A DNA stretch of 63,981 nt, filler included, from Octopus bimaculoides (GCF_001194135.2; 12 parts of 11 records of this genome joined end to end with filler, not necessarily neighbours in it), one strand, 5' to 3'; positions 13,629 to 28,240 are shown, numbered from the whole stretch's first letter. The notes: generated by a model not told the origin, from the sequence alone. Translations and numbers: made by a program.

Positions 13629-13889
13629 CATCATCCTCATCATCCTCATCATCATTATCATCCTCATGATCATCACCGTCATCAGTAGTAGTATTGCTAT
13701 CGACATCAAAATCATTATCAATCATGATCATCACCATTCATCGTCTTCATTGTCATCACCACCGCAACCACTATCATGAGACTTATGATGATGACGATGA
13801 CGAAAACGACGGTGGGGGTTGTGGTGTCGGTGGTGGTGATCACTATCAATCACCATCGACATCATCATCATAAACATGAACATCATACC

Positions 13890-13941
<52 letters not shown>

Positions 13942-14270
13942 TTTTTCATCAATACCATCAACATCGCTACTATGAAGACGATGATGATTACGATCATCAA
14001 TCAGCATCCGCATCATCAATATCGTCATTCACATTCTTCTCTTCCTCATCATCATTATCAGCATCATCAGTACCATCATGTTCATCATCATCATCAACCA
14101 CAGCGGCAGCACCATAACTACCACCAAGACATCCACCTCAGCCACCGCAGCCACCACCACCACCACCACCACCACCACCAATATCATCATCATCACTACC
14201 AGCAGCAGTAGTATCATCATCGTTATCAACGACATTATCATCTTCATCATCATCATCATCACCATCGCCA
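11640..14270. repeat. Dense trinucleotide microsatellite field: (AAT)n, (ACT)n, (CAT)n, (CTT)n, (CT)n
   Basis: Directly visible. It accounts for the poly-I/H/S/D/M ORFs in the track. Confidence 0.95.
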
Positions 14271-15267
14271 ATTCTTTCTTCTTCCTATTTCTATATCTGC
14301 CAATCCATCAAATATTATCTTTGATTCTTTTCTTTTGATGTTATTTTGTATATTTTTTTCTTCATTATACATATTTTTATCTTATCAATTTTTACTTTTT
14401 TATCCAATTTATATATTTTACATCTTTATTACTCTTTCTTGTTTTTCACAATCGATTATATAGTTTTGAGCAAAGTAAGGCATATGTGCTGTAAACTTCT
14501 ACTTAATACGTGGTCTCGAGTTCAAAACTACTACTGGCATTTCGCTGGGCTTCTAGTTTTGAAATAAGGCCCATATNNNNNNNNNNNNNNNNNNNNNNNN
14601 NNNNNNNNNNNNNNNNNNNNNNNNNNNNNNNNNNNNNNNNNNNNNNNNNNNNNNNNNNNNNNNNNNNNNNNNNNNNNNNNNNNNNNNNNNNNNNNNNNNN
14701 NNNNNNNNNNNNNNNNNNNNNNNNNNNNNNNNNNNNNNNNNNNNNNNNNNNNNNNNNNNNNNNNNNNNNNNNNNNNNNNNNNNNNNNNNNNNNNNNNNNN
14801 NNNNNNNNNNNNNNNNNNNNNNNNNNNNNNNNNNNNNNNNNNNNNNNNNNNNNNNNNNNNNNNNNNNNNNNNNNNNNNNNNNNNNNNNNNNNNNNNNNNN
14901 NNNNNNNNNNNNNNNNNNNNNNNNNNNNNNNNNNNNNNNNNNNNNNNNNNNNNNNNNNNNNNNNNNNNNNNNNNNNNNNNNNNNNNNNNNNNNNNNNNNN
15001 NNNNNNNNNNNNNNNNNNNNNTATATATATATATATGTATGTATATAAGATTTCCATGGAATTTCACTAACCTCTGCTCACTATCCTTCCCGTTTTTTCT
15101 CCTCTTTCTCTCTCTTCGGATATATATGTGTATGTTTATAGGTATGTATGTATGTATGTATGTATGTATGTATGTATATTTGTACACATATATATATATG
15201 TGTGTGTGTGTATAGATAGATATTCTTATTTATATACATATACATTTATATGAACACATATGTGTGC

Positions 15268-15358
<91 letters not shown>

Positions 15359-15792
15359 TGCGTGGATGTTTGAGAGTGTGTAAATAAGAAATACAAGATA
15401 TGGAGACAGAGAATCGTGCAGCTATCACAGAAAGCGTCTCTTACGGACTCTGCTAAGATGTGCTTATTGTAATTGATCAGAAGGTAATGTAATGCAGAAT
15501 GTTCATATATCTGAAAATCCAGAAAGTCTGATCGATGAAGTTATTTGAAGACAATATAAAATTGTAAAACCTTAAAGTCAGGAGCTATCAGAGGTTGATA
15601 TGTAATCATTTAATCATATGTCTTCTAAACATGATTACGACCGGCTTGTAAGTTTCTTCATGTAATGTTAATTTCATCCAAACTGAATTTAATACTACAT
15701 GAAGGAGGTAATCCTATGGCGTTCAAATGATTAAATTAGTTTATATTAACAACTCATACCTGCTGACTTTATGGATATATGTGTGTGTGTGG

Positions 15793-15930
15793 TGAAGGTG
15801 CACGGGTTAGTGGGTTAAGGTGTTGCACTCACGATTACGAGATAGTGGGTTCGATTCCCAGACCGGGTGCTGCGTTGTGTTCTTGAGCAAAGCGCTTCAT
15901 TACACGTTGCTCTGCGATCATTTCGACATC
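15793..15930 (+). mobile_element. tRNA-headed SINE family C, 5' part
   Basis: B-box GGGTTCGATTCCC followed by TGTGTTCTTGAGCAAAGCGCT, the same head as 61360 and 28574-28820(-). Confidence 0.75.
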
Positions 15931-16392
15931 TGATATGTGGCCCCCGTTGAGAGAGCAGTCACGTGGCGTATGCACCTAAACTGTAGTTCGGTCATGAACA
16001 CTTCACTCTGACCAGGAACACTTTAAAAAACGTTACTGTATACTATTGCGCATGCCTTACCAAAAGTCCCAAATAAACATATATTTTCTAAATAGTATTC
16101 AAGATACACGCACCCCCCCACACACATTCACGCACATGACACATACACACACATATATATATATAGTCAGAATGGAATCTAGTATTTTCTGTTGTGTAAA
16201 AGAGCGGGAACATGTAAATTGGAGCGCAGTTGGTTACGTTGTCATCCTGTTTCTCTTGACGAGTCCTCCTGTCAGTCGCACCTTATCCTATCCGAACTAT
16301 TGGAAGACAACTTCCTTCCTCATGCTGAGAACAGAGCCGGCCCTATATGCATACATACATACATACATACATGCATACATACATACATGCAT

Positions 16393-16433
<41 letters not shown>

Positions 16434-17965
16434 CATAGACACACACACACATATATACATACACGTACATATATCGAAAAAGATACGGCAGAAAGGAAGG
16501 AAAAGTTAATTGAATAGAAAAACTGGAGTGAAAAAGAAAGGAAGAAAGAAATAAAAACAGACAGAAAGAAAGTAACAAAATAATGGAAGAAAGTAATTCC
16601 TAGGAATTTCAAAATTTAAGAAACGAAAGAGATGTGTGAGAAAAATATATATGTAAGGTGTACAAGAGATAGATTGGCAGATAGATAGAAAGCATATGTG
16701 AAAGAAAGAGAGAGGTATAGAAATAAGGATTAGAAGTAAATTCATGTGATGAACTCACAGATGTATGAATGTAAATGTGCGTATTCATGTCCATATGTAG
16801 GTATGCATTTGCGTGCGCTTATGTTATTTCGTTTGTCTTCTTTAAATAATATGAGGGAAAAGATAAAGAGAGAAAAATGAGCGAAAGGGAGAGGAATCCT
16901 GTTGGTGGTAACTGTCTGTCACGACATGAGATGCAGAGAAAGGTATTAGTTTTAGCTGAGGAAATGCTACCGAGGAAAAAAAAAGGAACTAAATATAATT
17001 AAAACAAATGAAGTCGTGATTCATTCGGAGAAAATGGTATTGCTTTCGTTAATTAATTCTTATTTCCACTAGGTACATGGCCAACTAGAATATTATGGGG
17101 TGGAATGTGGAATGTTCATTTATAATCGAATGAATCGACATCGCTTACATTATTACTGGAACTTGAATTCGATGTCTTGATCTTGTTGCTTATCGTTCTT
17201 TCTTTGTTCCTACGGAGCAGATAAATGACAATATATAACAGACAATTTTCTCAATAAAATCATAAATTGCCAATAAATATTTATACACAACTAAAAGCTT
17301 CAAGAAATTTTAAATTTTAAATAGTCTTTAAAAGTACAGTTCCAAAGACTTTTGCGGTGAAGTATGTCTTTTTTTCTCTTCGGAAACAAAAGAAAAAACA
17401 TTATAATAAAGATTGTCCCGACACGTTTCAGAATTCGTTGACCACTTACCAGAAGGCTAGTGTCAATTCGTCAGACATTCCTCAAAGTAAATCTATTACA
17501 TAAAGCTTGACACAAACCAGAAATTTACTATAATGGAAATTAGTATAATTAGTAAATTATAATTAGTATAATTTCTATGACAGAATTTCTCGGCGTCGAG
17601 TTTCAACAATTAATCAAGGTTAGAATATGGTGGAAACTGTTCTTCATTTCAACCAACTCCTGTACTTAACTGGTTGCTATTATATTTTGTCGATCCCCAG
17701 AACTATGAGAGGCAGAATTAGATCTGCCTATGAACTGAGAACTAAAAGAGATGAAAGATACACCCCAAAGCCTTGTGTTTGAAGCTCAAATGCTTCCTAT
17801 AGTTTAATATTTGATTACGTTGAATCATATAATACTTGTTATATCTCTCCACGTGAATGTCATTTAAATAGCATTTTTTAATCGATTACACATCAACCTG
17901 CGAAAGGTTTTTAAACACCAATTGGTTTTTCATTTTATTTAATCATTATAATTATCATTATTATT

Positions 17966-18311
17966 GCCTTTGCACAGCTTCTAACGCTGGAGATGTATTA
18001 TAGTGTCAGCTGTTCACTACCAGTGAACTAAGGTAACACCTCATATTTCGAGCACCTTCTGGAGTATTCGAGCAGTTCCAAGTAGTGCTGTTTTCTGCAA
18101 GTGCTCCACCCTTTTGCAGCCCTTATTTGTTCCACTTACTGCTCGAGATTTTTGCTCCGACAATTATTGGTACTACTGCTACCTTTTTCATCGACCACAA
18201 CTGCTTAACTTCCCAAGCTAACCTGTCATTTCTATCGACTTTTCTTTCTTTCTTATCGTATACCTTGTCAGCTGGGTATGCTATATCTATGATCCGACAT
18301 AGTCTGTTTTC

Positions 18312-18312
<1 letters not shown>
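17966..18312 (-). mobile_element. 5'-truncated copy of the R4/Dong-like family seen at 2-1316 (endonuclease C-terminus plus 3' UTR)
   Basis: Encodes ENRLCRIIDIAYPADKVYDKKERKVDRNDRLAWEVKQLWSMKKVAVVPIIVGA. Same 3' end GAAGCTGTGCAAAGGC+(AAT)n; (AAT)n on both sides. Confidence 0.9.
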
Positions 18313-18362
<50 letters not shown>

Positions 18363-18490
18363 GAGTGAGAGAGCAGTGCATGTCATTAAAGTGACACCGG
18401 AGTAAAATATACGAAGCCCAGTATACCCATCATGACTATCCATCTGATAAGGACACAGCAGGCACATGCATCACAACCATATATGGGCAA
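18363..18490 (-). mobile_element. 3' tip of an unidentified (AAT)n-tailed element
   Basis: On the minus strand it ends ...TGCACTGCTCTCTCACTC and runs straight into the (AAT)n tract 18313-18362. Family not identified. Confidence 0.45.
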
Positions 18491-21230
18491 CGTGGTAACA
18501 TAGCGGTTCAGTCTGCTGTAGAAAATTCAATCAAATTTATGCCTAATCGATTGAAAGCAATGATATTAGTGAAAGGAGGAACTAGAAATAACGAGAAAAA
18601 CTTTTATGTATTTTTAATACAACATAAACTAACGTTGCTTTGTATGATCCTGGCTATAAAGGCTACTGTAAGTAGTTTCGTTTCAATCGGTATATTAAAC
18701 TTTAGAGGTTTTTTCAGTTTTATTATTAGAGCCTAGGATAAGTCGGCAAGCTGGTAGAATGGTTAGTATGCCGGGCAAATTGCTCAGTGGCATTTCATTC
18801 GTCTTAACGTTCTGAGTTCAAATTCCACCGAGGTTAACTTTGACTTCCCATCCTTTCGAGGTCGATAAAATAAAACCATGTTGGTCAGTGGAATCGATTT
18901 AATCGACTTACCCCTCCTGGTCTAGTGCCAAAATTTGAAACCATTATTAGAGCCTAGTATACAATTACTGCCTGCATTTGTTCTGGCTACTTATACTCTG
19001 CGATTAAACACAGAGAGTAAAAAGACGGAACAAATACGGGCAACCGGGTTAAATTTACAATTCATCCCTCTACATTTCATATGTAATTGACTAACGCTCT
19101 CCTTTTGAAGCTTCTATGTTCATGTTTAAAATCGAAACAGGTTTCTAGTGCTTAAATGGCAGTGAGCGTTAGAGAGTTGATCAAAATGCTTTCCATATAA
19201 TTTCCGGCTCTTTACATGCTAAGTTCAAATCTTGCCAAGGTATCGGTGTTATTAGCACTTATTAGAAAGGTGTAGTGGCAGAATTGCTATAATTGTTTCA
19301 AATTTCATCACGCGGCCAACAATTTTAGGGGTGAAGTTTAGTCCATTACATCGACTCCAGGATTCGTTCTGTTGGTACTTGTATAATCGATCTCGAAGGG
19401 TAAAAAGCGAAGTCGATCGCATTGGAATGTGAAATCAGACTGTAAACAACTAAAAGAAATATCGATGAACATTTTGTCCGATGCACTAACTTTTAGCAGA
19501 ACAAATTCCAACAAAAAAGAGAAAATATCGATTTTCACTGTTTGTTCTCATTAATTACTTCCCGAGATCTAATCCCAACGAGGTTAACTTTAACATTTTT
19601 CTTTCTGGAATTGGTACTTGAGTGTTAACTTCTTTGAATCCTCTACTATAAATCGGCAGTTCCGTTTCTTTAGCATCTGGTATTGTGTCTGTGATGCAAA
19701 TTGTTTAGTTATATCAACTACAAGGCACCATTGACCTCCTGCTGCCTAGTTTGGCCTGTTTGTCCGACCCTCGACCCAAAATGCTTTAGTGGATGGCAAA
19801 TAAATGAATTAGATTAACTTGAATATTGAAATAATCAAAGGTTTTCTAGCTGCGAGACAATTCTACCTTCTTTTGAGGAGTACGTATCACAGTCTACATT
19901 ATTCATTGCACCTTGCTCTTGATTTTCAAGTAGCTAAGATATAATTTTAAAGGAGAATTTTATTCCTATTTCAAGCTTTTCGAATGAATTCGTAGATGTT
20001 CAAGCTCAGAATAAAGTAAGGCGGTTCTTCAAAGGAAATAATTATTTAAAGTAGAAAGATTGCAAAGTAGAATTGCACAATGTTCATATATATCTCAATA
20101 GTGACCACATGTAATGTATTCTAAGTATAACGTAGAAATGGAAATAGTCAATCGACCCGGCTTTAAGTATACACTTACAGTACTACTGCTCTTGAAGCAA
20201 TTATGGAAATCATAATTTTTGTCTAAATTACCCTTCTAACCAAATGTTTTGGTAGTCATTCCATGGTTATGTTTGGTCAAAGACAGTCAAGAAAGTGAGT
20301 CAAATTGTAACCTTGACATGTGAGATAAATAAATACTGGTTCCTTTTCAACTTAGCGCCAACAAATGTTCATAGTATTGATTTAAAATGAAAGAATAAAT
20401 CGTTTGAGGATCATTCATTTGCCTGAGGCGGTTGTTAAGGGAAGTGAAGTAGCATTATGAAAACATGTTTCTAGACAAAAGTTAACGATATATTAGCATC
20501 AGTCAATCGTTAATTAATAACTATTTTGATTTTACATAAAACGGCGAGCGGGCATAATCGTTAGCACAAAGGGCAAAATGCTTAGCGGCATTTCGTCTGT
20601 CTTTACGATCTGATTTCACATCCGCCGAGGTCGATTTTTGTCTTTCATCCTTTCGGGATCGATAAAATAAACTAGTAGTTGAATTCTGAGGGTCCATGTA
20701 ATCGATTTAGTGCCTCCCCCGAAATTTCTGGCCCTGTGCCAAAATTTGAAACCAATAACTATTTGTGACACATGCATTAAATCATAGATTTCCAAGACAG
20801 AAATGATTGTTTCTTTAGTAGCTACGTAGTCCATAGAAAGAAATTTCTTTTCTCAATTCTAAATTATGAATATGGACTAGGAAAGCGGAGATATACGTAA
20901 TTAGAAATTAATACTGAACCAGAGAAACTGAAATGGAATTGCTTCACATTACTGATAGAGAACGGTCTTCTACGGCCGCCAGAACTGCCAGATTACTCTG
21001 CTATGGTTTCTTCAGTTATCTAGCTGTTCCGGCAGCAGTATCAGGTGGTTCTCTTCTGTCAACGATATAACGTTGAATGCTTTTATGCACTGCGAGTCCT
21101 TAAGCGAGATCAATCACGGTAGATAACGCTGTAGTTTTTCTTCTAACACAATCTCCAAGTTAAGTTGAAGATCATATGTATATGTATGTGTGTGTGTATG
21201 TGTGTGTGTATGTGTGTGTGTATATGTATG

Positions 21231-21304
<74 letters not shown>

Positions 21305-21439
21305 AATAAATATGTGTGTGCGTATGCGTGTCCGCGCGCGCGTATGGGTAATATCAGGCATTGTTTGGAATGTTTGAAGAACAGTCAAGAAAGAGCACTC
21401 GTACATTGTCAGCAGATACCATCAAACGACAACTCTATT

Positions 21440-21715
21440 ACCTCAGCTCATGATCAGACGCTGTTAAGAAGCTCTTCATGAAGTGACCAATGAGCAGCGT
21501 CATCGACCTGTGAACATCCTCAAAAAAATGCTGATAAATCCTTGAGAGGCTGGCTTTTGGTGTCGAATTGTTATAGGGGATGAAAACATCTGCTTCCATA
21601 AGCGTAAAGGAATACAGTAGCTTCGTTGTAACCCGACTTTAGAACGTGTTGCCAAACAAGAACTGTTAGAACAGAAGGTCAAAGTTTGTGTTTGGTGCAA
21701 TTTCGAGAGTATATA
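21440..21715 (+). mobile_element. Highly degenerate mariner transposase remnant
   Basis: Reads ..RIVIGDENICF.. and ..AKQELLEQKVKVCVWCNF, i.e. decayed RIVTGDEKW and KVMLCVWW motifs. Confidence 0.6.
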
Positions 21716-21909
21716 TCCTAACTAGCTAGTATACTTGTTGCAAGATCAGTAACTGTGTGTCACTTTCTATACGTTGCGAGCTGGAGAGCTTTACCTAACG
21801 GACGAGTATCCATCAGCGAGGATGACGATAAAGAGATCGAAAGTGTACGATCTCCGGGCTATAATAGTAGGGAGTTCGATCCTCGCTTGCAATATATTTC
21901 GAGTGTAAA

Positions 21910-22125
21910 GGCAGCAAGCTGGCAGAAGCGTTAGCACACCGGGCGAAATGCTTAGCGGTATTTCGTCTGTCTTTACGTTCTGAGTTCAAATTCTGCTGAG
22001 GTAAACTTTGCCTTTCATCCTTTCGGGCTCGATAAATTAACTACCAGTTGCGTCGTGGGATCGATCTAATCAACTGGCTCTCTCCCCCAAAATTTCGGGC
22101 CTTGTGCCTAGCGTAAAAAAGAATA
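21910..22125 (+). mobile_element. tRNA-headed SINE family B (centre resembles the Meta-type conserved domain)
   Basis: GTTCTGAGTTCAAATT B-box, then ACTTTGCCTTTCATCCTTTCGGG..CGATAAATTAA. Further copies near 10250, 18745, 19275(-), 20545, 22365, 22515, 42285(-), 45560(-), 45715(-), 46870(-), 59860(-), 60600, 61165(-), 61765(-) and 61960(-). The domain name is from memory and unverified. Confidence 0.8.
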
Positions 22126-23353
22126 NNNNNNNNNNNNNNNNNNNNNNNNNNNNNNNNNNNNNNNNNNNNNNNNNNNNNNNNNNNNNNNNNNNNNNNNNNN
22201 NNNNNNNNNNNNNNNNNNNNNNNNNNNNNNNNNNNNNNNNNNNNNNNNNNNNNNNNNNNNNNNNNNNNNNNNNNNNNNNNNNNNNNNNNNNNNNNNNNNN
22301 NNNNNNNNNNNNNNNNNNNNNNNNNNNNNNNNNNNNNNNNNNNNNNNNNNNNNNNNNNNNNNNNCCGAGGTCCACTTTGCCTTTCATCCTTTCGCGGTCG
22401 ATAAATTAAGTACCAGTTACTCACTGAGGTCGATCTAATCGACTTAACCCCTTTGTCTATCCTTGTTTGTCCCCTCTATGTTTAGCCCCTTGTGGGCAAT
22501 AAAGAAATAAGAAACGTTAGCATTCCGGGCAAAATTCTTAGCGGCATTTTGTCTGTCTTCATGTTCTGAGTTCAAATTCCGCCGAGGTCGACTTTGCCTT
22601 TCATCCTTTCGAGGTCGATAAATTAAGTACCAGTTACGTACTGGGTAATATCTAATCGACTGGCACCACCTCAAAACTTTCGGGCCTTGTGCCAAGAGTA
22701 GAAAAGAATATATATCCAGTGTAGTGTGAACTGAATAACCAGCTGGAGGAGGCGTCCTCCTGGTGTTAAATAGAAGTATCGTGTTTAGGTGACGTTACAC
22801 ACTACTTCTCAGTATAAATACTGCTTAGATTTCTAATAGAAATTTACTTCGGGTTATTAAGCTGTTTTGCAACCACGTGGGTTCCTGTTCATCGGCACTG
22901 TATGGTACCTAGGGCAAGTGTATTCTGCTATAGCCCCGGGCCGACTAATACCGTCTGAGTGATTTTGTTAGGCGGAAGCTGTATGGAAACCCGTTGTGTA
23001 TATGTATGTATGGGTTTGTGTTTGTTCCCCATCACCGATTCACAGCCGATCTTGCTTTGTTTACATCACTGCTCTGCAAAAGAAAATGATATTTTCGGGC
23101 AGAAGATATAAAAAAATTAAAAAAAGAAAAAAGAAATAAACGTACTAGGATCGGTGAGTTGACTAAACGCTTCAGGGCATTGCCCAGCATGGCCGCATTC
23201 CAATGACTGAAACATGCAAAAGATAAAAGACAAATACATACACACACACACACACACACATACACACTCACATGTCTGTGTGTATGTAACAACCACATAT
23301 ATACTACTATCATATATACATATATACATACATATGTGTGTGCTTGTGCATGT

Positions 23354-23388
<35 letters not shown>

Positions 23389-24135
23389 NNNNNNNNNNNN
23401 NNNNNNNNNNNNNNNNNNNNNNNNNNNNNNNNNNNNNNNNNNNNNNNNNNNNNNNNNNNNNNNNNNNNNNNNNNNNNNNNNNNNNNNNNNNNNNNNNNNN
23501 NNNNNNNNNNNNNNNNNNNNNNNNNNNNNNNNNNNNNNNNNNNNNNNNNNNNNNNNNNNNNNNNNNNNNNNNNNNNNNNNNNNNNNNNNNNNNNNNNNNN
23601 NNNNNNNNNNNNNNNNNNNNNNNNNNNNNNNNNNNNNNNNNNNNNNNNNNNNNNNNNNNNNNNNNNNNNNNNNNNNNNNNNNNNNNNNNNNNNNNNNNNN
23701 NNNNNNNNNNNNNNNNNNNNNNNNNNNNNNNNNNNNNNNNNNNNNNNNNNNNNNNNNNNNNNNNNNNNNNNNNNNNNNNNNNNNNNNNNNNNNNNNNNNN
23801 NNNNNNNNNNNNNNNNNNNNNNNNNNNNNNNNNNNNNNNNNNNNNNNNNNNNNNNNNNNNNNNNNNNNNNNNNNNNNNNNNNNNNNNNNNNNNNNNNNNN
23901 NNNNNNNNNNNNNNNNNNNNNNNNNNNCATACACGTACAGATGCAAACATGTTAACTAACTGTTCATATATACCTACACTTAACACGGATGATGTTACTC
24001 GTACAGATTATATGAATATATGCAGACAGTATAAGACTATATGTGTTGTGCGTGTGCGCATGCGTATGCATGTATGTATGTATGTATGTATTCATGTATG
24101 TGCATATATATATGTGTGTGTGTGTATGTATCTAA

Positions 24136-24167
<32 letters not shown>

Positions 24168-24411
24168 CACATGCTTATATGTATTTGTATGTATATATAG
24201 ACACGTATACGAATATAATTATGTATGCTTGAGTATGTTTGTGTATCTATCTCTGTGTGTATAGCGAGCGAGACACACAAATTACATACAAGTGCGCACA
24301 CATAAACACTTTTGCTCACATACACAAATGCACATATTGTGAAAGCTAGCCAGACGTATATGCATACAGCGTTGGTATAGATGAAGGGTATGTTTATTTA
24401 TGCATATGAAA

Positions 24412-24458
<47 letters not shown>

Positions 24459-25115
24459 TACCGGAGAGAAAGAGTAAGCAGGAGAATAAGAAAAATGAGA
24501 AGGAGAGAGAAGATTTTTCTACCCTACAGCGCATGGAGATATCCGTGTACATTGTAATATATCACTGTGTGTGTATGTATATATNNNNNNNNNNNNNNNN
24601 NNNNNNNNNNNNNNNNNNNNNNNNNNNNTTAATTAATTAANNNNNNNNNNNNNNNNNNNNNNNNNNNNNNNNNNNNNNNNNNNNATATATGTATGTATGT
24701 ATGTATGTATATAAATACACATATAGATAGATAGGTAGATGGATAGATATGTTTTCAAATTCAAATATATGTGCTTGCACATCCGTAATAGACATACAAA
24801 GATATGTACATAGGCGCATGCATATACATACATATGTATATATTGAAATACATATGCTAAAATATACAGTTTCACATGAGCAATGACATGCATGAATGAA
24901 CATTGGCGTATGCAGAGTGCCATAGGACAAATTGAAATTATTTGAAAAAGAAAGCGGAAGCACATATATACATACACACACACACACGCATATATATACT
25001 TATATATGCTTATACATATGCATATATATACATAGATATATACAAACATACATACACACACACATACATACACATATACATACATGCATAATCACAAACA
25101 CACATACATAAACAT

Positions 25116-25158
<43 letters not shown>

Positions 25159-25830
25159 CACATACATACATATGTACATACACACACATACATACACACA
25201 TATATAGACATGCATACATACATTCACACACACATGTAAATACATACTTAGACACACATATACATGCATACATACATTTACATACATGCACATATACCTA
25301 CATATACATACATACATACACATATATAGATATACATACATGCACATATACCTACATATACTTACGCACACACATGTGCACATACACACACACACACACA
25401 CACATATAGATACACACAGACAGACAGACAGACATAATATGTTTCGTATTAACTTCGCTGTCTGTCAAACGGTACCCCTTACATACCTCTGGGGGCAAAA
25501 TTGCAGAATGCTCGGTTTGGTGGGCAGAAGAGGTGTGAGGGATTCGGGGGGGTCATGAGAGGTGGGGGTAGATAGACAGATAGGCAATTAGATAATGAGG
25601 CGGATAGCAAGGTGAGTGAGTGTGTATGGAGGTGGGGGGGGGAGATAAACATAGTTTAGTAGATGCTTAGGTGGATATGTATATTTAGATCTTAATCTCA
25701 ATGTCTGTCTGTCTATCAGTCTATCTATCGGTATGGTTATCTATGTATCTAACTATCTATATATTTATCTATCTATCTATATATTTATCTATCTATCTAT
25801 CTCTCTATCTATCTATCTATATATTTATCT

Positions 25831-26119
25831 CCGGCTCTACGTAGACGACGGTGAGCAGGTGTGGTCGCCGTTTGTGCGACGCGCTTTCCCGCAGCTCGTC
25901 TCCATGACCGAGCTGCAGTCGTGGATCAAAAAGAGGCCGAGGAATGGCGAATGGCACCGTGAGTGTCGCGTTGCTCTGCAACAACTTTGCCGTCCCGGGT
26001 CGACCTTGAGCGGCTGCATCACAACGAAGTCATTCTATAGGGGATTAGTGGAGGGCAGGTACGACGACGATCTCGGGGCGAACCTGGGCGTCGACGAGGA
26101 ATACCTGACCCGCCTGTTC
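25831..26119 (+). mobile_element. GC-rich L1/Tx1-like ORF2 C-terminal fragment
   Basis: Open, GC-rich frame (..VWSPFVRRAFPQL..TTKSFYRGLVEGRYDDDLGANLGVDEEYLTRLF) abruptly abutting a (TCTA)n tract and running into a gap. It resembles the post-RT region of Tx1-type elements; clade call is by recall. Confidence 0.6.
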
Positions 26120-26219
26120 NNNNNNNNNNNNNNNNNNNNNNNNNNNNNNNNNNNNNNNNNNNNTTAATTAATTAANNNNNNNNNNNNNNNNNNNNNNNNN
26201 NNNNNNNNNNNNNNNNNNN

Positions 26220-26267
<48 letters not shown>

Positions 26268-26654
26268 TGTGCAAATTTTAAAGGCATCGTATACAACACT
26301 GCACGTAGAGGATGGAGACTATTGCATGCAGTTCAAAACATAATCATAGCCGATACTCTACATACAAAGAACGCAAAAAAAAAAAAATACACAGTTTAAA
26401 TACTTAGAGTTGGAAGGTTACTTACGTGTATATTCTTGCAAATCTAGACAAAAAAACAAAAAAAAACATTCAGTTTGCAGTTTTCACATTAATGATGCCG
26501 TGTAGATGCATGCAATAGTTTAAAGGTAATTTAACAATTCTTTTACGCAAACGTATACATGCATATACATACATACATTCATACGTACATGCATACATAC
26601 ATAAATAACATGCATGAATGTACGCACACACACACACACACACACACATAATAA

Positions 26655-26706
<52 letters not shown>

Positions 26707-26849
26707 GGCAAAATGAAAGACAGATGCTAGAATATTTGAGAGTTTATTATTAATCACTGTGAAAGTGACCGTGCTTTCCCAGCAAGCTAGCAGGTGTAAA
26801 CCATTCGTTTTATTATCCATTATATATATATATATATATACACACATAT

Positions 26850-27030
26850 ATTTTTCAATTCTTAGGTTTATTTCAGAATCAAGGGATCCATCTCTGGAGA
26901 GAGTGCTGCCAAGGTAGATGAACGAGTCAACCACATCTAATCTTGTACCCTGGACGAAGATGTTAGGGCCCACATTCCTGGTAAACTTGGTTGTCCACCT
27001 CAATTTCTCAACTTGTTTAAGCAACTTCAT
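26850..27030 (-). mobile_element. RTE-clade reverse transcriptase fragment
   Basis: GPNIFVQGTRLDVVDSFIYLGSTLSRDGSLDSEINLRIEK matches the F.YLGS....G..D.EI..RI motif of RTE RTs. Confidence 0.85.
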
Positions 27031-27984
27031 AGTTATACGAAAGCTCGTCTAAACTTCAATGGGCCATTATCGGAACCAAGTTCCATCGATAACGGAGTTA
27101 AACACGGTGATATTGCCTATTTAAACATTGAAATATATGAACGCCTACTAAATCAGTAATTTGTGCTGAGTCGTTGGACTCCTTTGTGATATGAAATTTG
27201 TTTGGTCTACCGTTTCTTGTTCAATATTTGCCCTCAAATTAATTATAAGTTTCTTAGCTAAAATAATATTTACCCCTTTCTAAATAAATTGGAGTTGTTC
27301 ATCACAAAGATGAGCAACTTATTTAGTAAAATAGGGTTTATGGAGAGGTAATAATTAGACATATCAATTTGGATAAACTTAGTATTTTATCCTTAATTTA
27401 TTCAAACAAATCAGTTACTTCATAAGAGTTTACACATGCATGTATGTATGTATGTATGTATGTATGTATGTATGTATGTATGTATATGTGTATATGTACA
27501 CAAGTATTGAAACAAATAAAAGAATAAAGTCAAAGAATACACGCGTACGTACACACGTATAGACATTTATATGTGTGTGCATGTGCGTGTGTGTGTGAGG
27601 GTGTGTATGTGTGTATGAGTGTGTGTGAGTGTGTGTGTATGTGTGTGTGTCTGTGATATTCTCAGCAAACTTACAGACAGTAATGAAATTTCGTCATTTC
27701 TGGTCAAATATATTTACTGTATCAATAATACTTACATCTTCATTCTTGAATTGCTTGCAAATGTCACTAATCTGCAATAGAGAAAATAAGATAGTAGGTG
27801 TGATAAATTATTTACTACATGTAATTTCGTAAACTAATAACTATATGTGATGCGGCATCTGTCCACTGATATATTGAGTCGACCCATAAATAATGCGGTT
27901 TTTATCAATAGCTAGGACTAAAAGTCGGAGTGTGGACAGGGTAAACGACCAGCACCAACTTGCTGTAAAAGCAGGTAGTAATTT

Positions 27985-28240
27985 TACCTTAGTGCAAATT
28001 TTGAAGAATGCATTTCAATTTTAACAGTTAATTTTTCAATACTATAATGGAAGTGAGAAAGGAGCATATTCGGCATATTTTGCTTTATGAGTTCAATAAA
28101 GGCAACAACACAACGGAAAGTGCAAGGAATATTAATGCAGTATAGAGGGATCGGACAATAAGCGTAAGCCAGTGTCAGCGGTGGTTCCAGAAATTCCAAG
28201 CCGGAAACTGCAGCCTAAAAGACGAGCCTCGTTCTGGAAG
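27985..28240 (+). mobile_element. Mariner transposase 5' fragment (HTH region)
   Basis: From ATG 28047: MEVRKEHIRHILLYEFNKGNNTTESARNINAV*RDRTISVSQCQRWFQKFQAGNCSLKDEPRSGR. Confidence 0.88.

Noticed and set aside
11600-14340. Poly-His, poly-Ile, poly-Asp and poly-Met ORFs
   Set aside because: They are translations of trinucleotide microsatellites with no domain or splice support. The same applies to CV/HT/YI ORFs and to ORFs made long by N runs.
15480-15760. Faint resemblance to a Helitron helicase segment
   Set aside because: The weak similarities fall on opposite strands and are interrupted by many stops.
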